Assembly (NCBI GenBank): GCA_028698995.1
Contig: JAQVVM010000010.1
Span: forward strand, 19,857 to 83,856
Origin: Bacteroidales bacterium
Lineage (GTDB): Bacteria; Bacteroidota; Bacteroidia; Bacteroidales; PXBB01
Direction: 5' to 3'
Length of the DNA stretch: 64,000 nt
Position numbers and translations under genes: made by a program. Below the pieces are notes generated by a model that saw only the letters and a program-made list of their open reading frames with translations, made no database searches and was not told the origin of the DNA. Numbering within the stretch: the stretch's first letter is position 1; every line of letters starts with the position of its first letter. This document shows, in pieces, positions 57,167 through 64,000 of this stretch.

Positions 57167-57516
57167 ATTATTTTGCAAATATATTTATAAAATTTCAAGT
57201 GTGCTGTAAATAATCTTAAAAATCACTTGGATTTATTTTGAGAAAAACGGGCAAATGATTCCTGCTTACCGTTAATAATCGTTTATGTATTAAATATAAT
57301 AATTGTTTTGGTGTGCAGTGCTTCTGATAAAGAAAAAATTAATTTAACGAAATGGTGGGACAGCTGATGTAAAATGGTATTTTTCATTTAAAATATTTAA
57401 TTAAATTTGTTTAATGTTTAAGGATTTTGAAGTGTTTTTCTCTTATGTGGGATTAATTTCATCAACTTCATGGCCTAATTCTTGACCTTTCCATGAGCAG
57501 CTAAAAAACAAATCTA

Positions 57517-58278
57517 ATGAAAACAATCTCCATCATACTTATTTCTTTGCTTACACTGTCGCTTTGTGCACAGGATACCACAAATCTTTTTGTAAATTAC
57601 GACGGGTCCGAATCGTTTACCATTACCACTCAAAATGACACAATGCTCGTATGGGTGTATCCCAATGGAAAAAAGGAATCGGTGTTTGCCTTTATTGGTG
57701 GTGAAAGCAGCGGTGTTTATACCCGTTGGTACGACAATGGTAGGCCGATGTGGGTAAAAAATATCGAAAATTCAAAAGAAAACGGCCTTTCAACCTATTA
57801 CAGCAGCAATGGTGAAAGGGTGGCTTCATTCAATTACAACAATGGCTTAATTGTAGATACAGTTTATGTAAAAAGGGGGACACATATCGTTTTGGGTAAA
57901 ATTTTAAGCACTTCGAAAGTTTATGGTGGTGCCGTGCGTGAGGACGGCAGCTCTAATATTTCTGAATACTCAGGTCCTTATGCTCATTGCGCCATGTATG
58001 CAGCAATAGTCGATTCTGTTAAAACGCCAGAGTTCATTTCTCGGTTTAAAACAGACTATAATGGGGATTTTTTTCTGATTGTACCCGAAGGTTCAATCAG
58101 TTTTTTCCCTGAAGAAATTAATATTGAAATGGTACCTCCTGGAGAATTTTATATACCACCAAGTATTTCCGGCAGTACTTCTATTGCATGGAAAGAAATG
58201 AGTCCTCTGAATGTTGGTATAGGCACATCTGTACACCATGTTGAATTGCAGCATTCTTCGGTAGGTTATGCACCCTGA
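57517..58278 (+). CDS. Secreted hypothetical protein (MORN-variant-like N-terminal half, CarboxypepD_reg-like C-terminal half)
   Basis: Signal peptide MKTISIILISLLTLSLCAQ. GVYTRWYDNGRPMW / GLSTYYSSNGE repeats. The domain calls are weak. Confidence 0.45.
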   Translation: MKTISIILISLLTLSLCAQDTTNLFVNYDGSESFTITTQNDTMLVWVYPNGKKESVFAFIGGESSGVYTRWYDNGRPMWVKNIENSKENGLSTYYSSNGERVASFNYNNGLIVDTVYVKRGTHIVLGKILSTSKVYGGAVREDGSSNISEYSGPYAHCAMYAAIVDSVKTPEFISRFKTDYNGDFFLIVPEGSISFFPEEINIEMVPPGEFYIPPSISGSTSIAWKEMSPLNVGIGTSVHHVELQHSSVGYAP

Positions 58279-58603
58279 AGAAATGCATCTATAGATTTAA
58301 CCAGTAAATAAGCAGTATTATTTCACAGAATAATGAAGCATCAGAAACAACAAATTTGGTGTGTTATAAAATAACTTTATAATATTTTTGTAAATAGCAT
58401 TAAATTTATGTAACCAATTAAAAAAAAATAATTGGAAACAAAAGATAAAGTATTAGCTGCAATGAAAAAAGCAGGAAAACTATTAAACTCAGGTAAAAAT
58501 ATTTAACTTACTGGGCTCAACCAGTAATATGGAGATAAGTTGTGGCTGCTTTAAAAAATCGACCGCTACGGCAGTATTTAAAGTATCAAAATAAATCAAA
58601 GTG

Positions 58604-60757
58604 TTAATTATCCCTAACACAACGGACAGAAAACCCAATAGTCTTATAGTTGTCATCTCTGCCTGCATGGGTGCCATTATAGTGCAAGTACCGATTCCTG
58701 GCATCTGAGGAGGAATACTCGGTAGAACTCCACCAGTAGCCGCTGCGTCCAACGTTGAGGAACGTACCATTGTAATAACGGTTGCCTCCCGGAAGGGCTG
58801 AAAAGCCGGTTTCGTTGGTTGCATCAGCGTTCGGTCTAAACCAATGTGTTGAGCCAATTTCTTTTAGTTTGCCACCGGCAACACTTTCGCCACCCAAATA
58901 TGTAGTTAGTTGTGTCCACTCAGCATCACTTGGCAAGTGCCACCCACTTGGGCATGCAGTTAGTGCTGTATTCCAGTCGTATAATCTGCCATATTTAGTG
59001 CAGTTAGAAGTATTGTTGTCGTAGCACCAACTGCCACTGCTTGTGGTATAATTAAGGTTTTCGGCCATCCATGTTTGTGTGCTTATTCTAACTGTTTTGT
59101 AGGTTTTGCCATCGCGGGTATCTGTAAAGGTGCCTGAAGAAGCGGGCACTGAGCCTGTAGAAGTGCCCGAAGTTGTGGCAAAACTCCTCTCATCCCCATA
59201 AGCCGTACCCTTCTCATTAATGGCATAAGCTCTTACATAGTAAGTCGTATTTTCTCTTAAACCTGTAAGATTTGCCGTAAAACTACCCGTGCCACTGCCT
59301 GCACTTGCTTTGCTGCTGCTTGTGGTGGGGTTGCTGCCTATGCTGTAGCAAATACCGCGTTCGGTGACACTAGAACCCCCATCGCTTGTTACGTTTCCTG
59401 TAACTGTTGCTGTAGTCTGCTGTATATTGCTTGCTGTGCCGGTAACAACGGTGGCTTTGATTGCAGTAGTGGCTGGGCTTGTTGCTTGGTATCTACCTCT
59501 TCTAGGAGCACTAGCTTGAGCAATTGAGTCAGCAGCAATAGAATCTAATCTGGCGTGTTCTAATTCAGCCACAGCAATAGAATCTAATCTGGCGTGTTCA
59601 GATTCTACAGCAGCAATAGAATCTAATCTGGCTTGCTCAATGGCGGCTGATTCTTCTGCACCCGGGCCGCTCCATGGGCGCCATATAAACAATACAACCA
59701 AAAGCAGTAAGGCAATTCCGGGAATCCAGAAAATTTTTCTTTTTGAGGGTTTGGGCTGAGGTTGTGGCAAAAGTTGAGGTTGAGGCTGAGGATCAGGCTG
59801 AGGCGGAAGAATGGGATGGTCTATGATGGTGTTTTCATCTCGGCCAGTAATATTAACATCTTCATTTTTGTTATCAGTATCATCGTCTTTTACTGGTGTT
59901 ATTTTTCGGGTATTTAAGATAATCTCCTGCAGTTCGCCAGCCGATTTTATACGTTTGGAGGGGTCGCGTTCAAGGCAAAGTGCAATAGCCTTAGCCCAGT
60001 TTGCAGGCAATAAAGAGAGTGCCATACTGAGATCCTTATTCAGTATCTGCTCATAAATCTCTTTCTCGGTTTCGGCTGAGCCGGAGCTTTGGGTTTGGGT
60101 AAAAAATAAATCCTTTCCCGTAAAAACCTGATGTACAATGACGCCATAGCTCCAGAGGTCGGTATTGAAACGCAATTCTTCGCCACGCAACTGCTCGGGG
60201 CTGCTGTATTTTAAGGTGCCTCCGCCAAAGGAATTGGAAAACCGGCTTTCACCTTCTTCCCAAACCTGCTTGCTTAAACCGAAATCTGTAATAACTGGCA
60301 CAATATTATCGCCACGCCTTACTACCAATATGTTCCCCGGCTTTAAATCGCGGTGCACTAATTTGTGTGTATGCAGGTGGATGATGCCTTGCAATAAATC
60401 TGCTGCAACTTGCTCTTTTTGGGTGGCCGTAATACCTTGCTTAATGGCTGCGCCTAGGTTGCCGCCTTCGTAAAACTGCATGACTGCATAATCGAAAATA
60501 CCATTTGGCATTTCAAAAGTATAAAGAACTTCATAATTAGCTATGTTTTTATGAGCGGGGATGTCCTTTATTGCCTCAAACTCATCCTTTAATGAAAATT
60601 CTTTGTTCCCAATTAGTCTCACTTCTGAAACCTTTACTGCAACATACTTATTGTATTTTTCATCAAAAGCTTTATAAACCGTACCAAAAGTACCACCTCC
60701 TATTTTATCGGTGCGGACATTGTAACTGTAACGTTTGAAAAATTCTTGTTGGTTCAT
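58604..60757 (-). CDS. Transmembrane Ser/Thr protein kinase with Pro/Gln-rich linker, one TM helix, Fn3-like and FISUMP ectodomains
   Basis: Kinase motifs GGGTFGTVYKA, AVK, HRDLKPGNIL, DFGLS, SPEQ. PILPPQPDPQPQPQLLPQPQPKP. TM IPGIALLLLVVLFIW. The ectodomain ends ..GKTYKTVRISTQTWMAENLNY...GSWCYDN..NCTKYGRLYDW...CPSGWHLPS...YWWSS...SVRCVRD. Confidence 0.85.
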   Translation of the reverse strand: MNQQEFFKRYSYNVRTDKIGGGTFGTVYKAFDEKYNKYVAVKVSEVRLIGNKEFSLKDEFEAIKDIPAHKNIANYEVLYTFEMPNGIFDYAVMQFYEGGNLGAAIKQGITATQKEQVAADLLQGIIHLHTHKLVHRDLKPGNILVVRRGDNIVPVITDFGLSKQVWEEGESRFSNSFGGGTLKYSSPEQLRGEELRFNTDLWSYGVIVHQVFTGKDLFFTQTQSSGSAETEKEIYEQILNKDLSMALSLLPANWAKAIALCLERDPSKRIKSAGELQEIILNTRKITPVKDDDTDNKNEDVNITGRDENTIIDHPILPPQPDPQPQPQLLPQPQPKPSKRKIFWIPGIALLLLVVLFIWRPWSGPGAEESAAIEQARLDSIAAVESEHARLDSIAVAELEHARLDSIAADSIAQASAPRRGRYQATSPATTAIKATVVTGTASNIQQTTATVTGNVTSDGGSSVTERGICYSIGSNPTTSSSKASAGSGTGSFTANLTGLRENTTYYVRAYAINEKGTAYGDERSFATTSGTSTGSVPASSGTFTDTRDGKTYKTVRISTQTWMAENLNYTTSSGSWCYDNNTSNCTKYGRLYDWNTALTACPSGWHLPSDAEWTQLTTYLGGESVAGGKLKEIGSTHWFRPNADATNETGFSALPGGNRYYNGTFLNVGRSGYWWSSTEYSSSDARNRYLHYNGTHAGRDDNYKTIGFSVRCVRDN
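59535..59651 (-). repeat. Three tandem 39-nt (13-aa) coding repeats in the extracytoplasmic juxtamembrane segment
   Basis: gcaatagaatctaatctggc(g/t)tg... recurs at 59535, 59574 and 59613. It encodes (E)(Q/H)ARLDSIA(A/V)(V/A)E(S/L). The paralog has a single copy. Confidence 0.8.
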
Positions 60758-60843
60758 AGTATATTTTTTTGGCGTTTATAAATTTTCGACCCCGAAAGCG
60801 GGGTATTTTACAAATAGTCAAATAAATCAAATAGTCAAATAAA

Positions 60844-62766
60844 TTAAAAATCCCTAACACAACGAACTGAAAACCCCTTAAGGTTGCTCCAGAGAAAACT
60901 CATGTAGGCATCCCGATCTCGCTTGTACAGCTGCAAGTAGCATGGAGCTGCCTCTAAGTCAAATTCTTGATCCTTCGAAGACGACCACCAATACCCTATT
61001 TCTCCAATTTCAGAGAAAATTGATAAATGGACATCATACGAACCGCCCAGAAGAGCGGAAAAACCGCTGTTGCCGCCAACTTTTAACGCATGATAGGCAT
61101 TGTATTCTCTAATTTCGCTTCCACCGCTGCCTCCAACACTGATTAAAAGTGTTTCATAATCGCTTTTTGAGGGCAAATGCCACCCGCTTGGGCATGCACT
61201 TTTAGCTGTATTCCAATCGTATAATCTGCCGTATTTAGAGCAGTTAGAAGTATTGTTTTCGTAGCACCATGAGGTGCCTGTGCTGAAATTTAAATTTTCG
61301 GCCATCCATGTTTGTGTCCCTATTTTAACCCATTTATATGTTTTACCATCTCTGGAATCTGTAAATGCGCCCCCTCTTGTTGTAAAACTCCTTTCTTCAC
61401 CATAAGCCGTTCCCTTCTCATTAATGGCATAAGCATGCATGTAATAGGTGGTATAAATGTTTAAACCCGTGAGGTTTGCCGTAAAACTGCCCGTGCCACT
61501 GTCTGCACTTGCTTTACTGTTGTTTGTGCTGGGATTGCGGCTTGTGCTGTAGCAAATACCGCGTTCGAAAACACGAGCCCCCCCATCGCTTGTAACGTTT
61601 CCTGTAACTACGGCAGTGGTTTGTTGTATGTTGCTTGCTGTGCCGGTAATAACTGTGGCTTTGCTTGCCGTGGTGGCTGGGCTTGTTGCTTGGCTAGTAG
61701 CAGCAAAAACTCGAGCAATTGAGTCAGCAGCAATAGAATCTAATCTGGTTTGCTCAATGGCGGCTAATTCTTCTGCACCCGGGCCACTCCATGGGCGCCA
61801 TATAAACAATACAACCAAAAGCAGTAAGGCAATTCCGGGAATCAAGAAAATTTTTCTTTTTGAGGGTTTGGGCTGATGTTGTGGCGAAGGTTGAGGTTGA
61901 GGCTGAGGCTGAGGCGGAAGAATGGGGTGGTCTATGATGGTGTTTTCAGTCGCATCGGTTTTGGTTTCAATTCCCGGCTCTTTTATTCTAAAATGACTTA
62001 AGGAAGGGCGATATTCAGGGTTTTTGGACACATAGGGTTCTATAAATTCCTGCCAGATTTGAGGTATTTCAGATATATGAATGGGGTCTTCAACTATCTT
62101 TTTCTGTATCTCATAAAAAGAGCTGTTGGTATTATCATAAGGGGCTTTGCCAGTGAGCAAATGATAAAATGTAACAGCCAGTGAGTAAATATCGGTTTTG
62201 TAAGTCAGGTGTTTGCTGTCTTTTACCTGCTCGGGACTCATATACATAAGTGTGCCCATGTGGGTTCCCGTTTGAGTCATGGTAATACTGTCGCGGATCT
62301 TGGCTATACCGAAGTCCAAAAGTTTGAGTTGCCCCTTTGCCGTAATAAAAATATTTGATGGTTTTATATCCCTGTGAATGATATTTTCGCTATGTGTATA
62401 GTTTAAGGCATCAGCCATCTGGTTCCACCACTGCTGCAATTGGGCATCGGAAAATTGTGCGCCCTCTTTAAGCATGTGCTTCAGGTCTTTGCCTTCGAGG
62501 TATTCCATTATTATACAAGGCCTGTTCTCAATGGTGGCAAAGTCATACACTTGCCGTATGTTGGTGTGGTTGAGCTTAACCATTATTCTGGCTTCGTTTC
62601 TGAAGCGCGCAACAATTTCATCGTTTAACGAAAGGTCTTTATGAAGTATTTTTACGGCTGCCGGTTTTTCAATATTATTTTCGGCATACCACACTTCGGC
62701 CATGCCGCCCTCGCCGAGTTTGCGGAGGAGGGTGAAACCGTTTATTGTTTTATTTGTTAAATCCAT
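60844..62766 (-). CDS. Transmembrane Ser/Thr protein kinase, paralog with the same linker/TM/Fn3-like/FISUMP architecture
   Basis: Kinase motifs GEGGMAEVWYA, AVK, HRDIKPSNIF, DFGIA, SPEQ. PILPPQPQPQPQPSPQHQPKP. TM IPGIALLLLVVLFIW. FISUMP GKTYKWVKIGTQTWMAENLNF...WCYEN..NCSKYGRLYDW...CPSGWHLPS...YWWSSS...SVRCVRDF. Confidence 0.85.
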   Translation of the reverse strand: MDLTNKTINGFTLLRKLGEGGMAEVWYAENNIEKPAAVKILHKDLSLNDEIVARFRNEARIMVKLNHTNIRQVYDFATIENRPCIIMEYLEGKDLKHMLKEGAQFSDAQLQQWWNQMADALNYTHSENIIHRDIKPSNIFITAKGQLKLLDFGIAKIRDSITMTQTGTHMGTLMYMSPEQVKDSKHLTYKTDIYSLAVTFYHLLTGKAPYDNTNSSFYEIQKKIVEDPIHISEIPQIWQEFIEPYVSKNPEYRPSLSHFRIKEPGIETKTDATENTIIDHPILPPQPQPQPQPSPQHQPKPSKRKIFLIPGIALLLLVVLFIWRPWSGPGAEELAAIEQTRLDSIAADSIARVFAATSQATSPATTASKATVITGTASNIQQTTAVVTGNVTSDGGARVFERGICYSTSRNPSTNNSKASADSGTGSFTANLTGLNIYTTYYMHAYAINEKGTAYGEERSFTTRGGAFTDSRDGKTYKWVKIGTQTWMAENLNFSTGTSWCYENNTSNCSKYGRLYDWNTAKSACPSGWHLPSKSDYETLLISVGGSGGSEIREYNAYHALKVGGNSGFSALLGGSYDVHLSIFSEIGEIGYWWSSSKDQEFDLEAAPCYLQLYKRDRDAYMSFLWSNLKGFSVRCVRDF

Positions 62767-62904
62767 AAATTAAATATTAAGGAAAACTTAAATAAAATGC
62801 ATAAAATCACTATTTTGTTGAAAATCTCTGAATTGAAAAAAACAGGGGTGTTTTCAATCTTTGATAGGTTGAATAAACAAACGAATAAGTTTAATAGTTT
62901 TATT

Positions 62905-63939
62905 TTAACTGGTACTTACGATTCTAAAACCAATAAAATTTTTCTTGCCGTCAGGTTTTTGATAATTTCTCATGGCACATCTGCAAAATCGTGCACTATT
63001 GCCCCAGCTGCCACCTCTGACGACACGATTTTCACCATCATCAGGACCTCTTGGGTTATTGACTGTTGAGTTATGGTAATAGTCAGAGTTGTAATAATCT
63101 GAACACCATTCGGCTACATTTCCATGTATATCATACAAGCCCCACTCACTTGGATTAAAACTGCCGACAGTTGCAGTTCTTTTTCTATCCAAGCCAGACT
63201 CACAACCACTATAAGGGTTATTGCCATTAAAATTTGCTTGTGAAGTGCTCAGGCAATTACCCGTATTGAAAGGCGTTGTTGTTCCGGCTCTGCATGCAAA
63301 CTCCCATTCTGCTTCAGTGGGCAGGCGGTAAGTTTTGCCTGTTTCTCTGCTTAACCATTCACAAAAAGCTGTAGCATCATGCCAGCTTACATTGATTACT
63401 GGCTTTTTGCCTCTTCCACCATTCGAATCATCAGGTTTTTGACGTTCAGTAGCTTCACAAAAGATATCATACTGCTCGAAAGAAATTTCATGTTTACTAA
63501 TGTGAAAGCTATTTACAACCACATTGTGCTGGTATTCATCGCTTTCCCTGTCCGGCTCGGATGCAGGGCTTCCCATATTAAACCGGGCTCCTTGTATATA
63601 AATCATGTCAATATTCAACCGGTTATTTGTAATGGTAAACTGCTGCCTTGTTATGGGCGTAGTAACACGGGAGGGTGCAGGAGTATCGGTTTCTCCTATA
63701 TTTCTGAATTTTGCAACCACAAGAATAAACATATTTCTGCCTTCGATTCGTGGATATATCCACAAAGTATCTATTTCTCTTGTAAGTGTAACTACTTTTT
63801 GCTCCAAAAAAGCAGAAACGGCACCATCAGTTACCTCTGTAATTGATTTAAAATTATCCTCAGAAGCAAAAGAAGTTTTTAGTAAATCATACATTCCTAT
63901 AACATTATTGGCAATCTCTACAGCAGGGAAATCAGTCAA
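62905..63939 (-). CDS. Protein with C-terminal formylglycine-generating-enzyme-like (SUMF1/FGE-sulfatase) domain
   Basis: F.MGSPASEPDRESDEYQHNVVV.SF.ISKHE.SF.QY..F.......P........PV..VSW.DA..FC.WLS...GK.YRLPTEAEWEFACRAGT..PF.....L...ANF...........V..F.P...GLYD.HGNV.EWC.D......RV.RGGSW. The track start is TTG and the real start is uncertain (M16 at 63894 is possible). Confidence 0.75.
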   Translation of the reverse strand: MTDFPAVEIANNVIGMYDLLKTSFASEDNFKSITEVTDGAVSAFLEQKVVTLTREIDTLWIYPRIEGRNMFILVVAKFRNIGETDTPAPSRVTTPITRQQFTITNNRLNIDMIYIQGARFNMGSPASEPDRESDEYQHNVVVNSFHISKHEISFEQYDIFCEATERQKPDDSNGGRGKKPVINVSWHDATAFCEWLSRETGKTYRLPTEAEWEFACRAGTTTPFNTGNCLSTSQANFNGNNPYSGCESGLDRKRTATVGSFNPSEWGLYDIHGNVAEWCSDYYNSDYYHNSTVNNPRGPDDGENRVVRGGSWGNSARFCRCAMRNYQKPDGKKNFIGFRIVSTS

Positions 63940-64000
63940 AGGGATGTCTGATTTAGAATTTGTTTTTAAATCGTTTTGTTTTATGTTTTTTCTTTGATTG

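Noticed and set aside
58430-58600. Possible remnant of a small winged-helix gene (KDKVLAAMKKAGKLLNSGKNI...) with three in-frame TAA codons, suggestive of a pseudogene or stop-codon recoding
   Set aside because: Neighbouring genes terminate normally at TAA, so recoding is excluded. The similarity is a short stretch recalled from memory in AT-rich DNA, which is not enough to call a pseudogene.
58489-58857. 122-aa ORF overlapping the 3' end of the 717-aa kinase gene
   Set aside because: It runs out of frame through the well-supported FISUMP-domain coding region, and its composition is low-complexity. It is a shadow ORF.
60789-60804. GC-rich hairpin ACCCCG-AAAG-CGGGGT between the two kinase genes, as a terminator
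   Set aside because: On the transcribed (minus) strand it is not followed by a U-run. It may be a processing or attenuation hairpin, but the evidence does not support a terminator call. The adjacent tandem 17-mer CAAATAGTCAAATAAAT (two copies) is too short and AT-rich to interpret.

Overview
AT-rich window with clear Bacteroidota hallmarks: T9SS type A and type B C-terminal sorting domains, TAnnTTTG -7 promoter boxes and almost no Shine-Dalgarno signals. hydE/hydF maturase genes suggest an anaerobe. Layout: (1) 1-13.4 kb, minus-strand housekeeping genes (S8 peptidase, mnmA, gmhB/gmhA, hydE-hydF plus a lyase and a PLP enzyme, divergent Lrp). (2) 13.7-38.8 kb, six large or giant T9SS cargo/adhesin genes around an orphan sigma-54 activator that lacks a DNA-binding domain. 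(3) 38.9-39.25 kb, tmRNA (ssrA). (4) 39.24-46.46 kb, a 7.2-kb integrative element inserted in the 3' end of ssrA, bounded by a 16-bp direct repeat. It carries an integrase, an excisionase-like HTH, a RepA/DnaB-like ATPase, an iteron-rich origin and a compact ORF with all family-A (Pol I-like) polymerase motifs. I consider this the most novel feature. (5) 46.46-48.3 kb, a near-perfect tandem duplication of a four-helix-bundle (23S-IVS/Avd-like) gene interleaved with five structured repeats, then a single-HKD nuclease. (6) PBP1A, alanine dehydrogenase, and a flippase/glycosyltransferase pair. (7) tRNA-Arg(CCU) with a GIY-YIG ORF wedged between it and a duplicated 5' tRNA fragment plus promoter. 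(8) Two tandem Ser/Thr kinases with Fibrobacter-type (FISUMP) ectodomains and an FGE/SUMF1-like protein. No CRISPR array, rRNA or transposase was seen. All family calls rest on motifs read by eye and recalled from memory, with no searches run. Several ORF-track M residues are TTG/GTG codons, so starts were moved to the first plausible ATG where noted.
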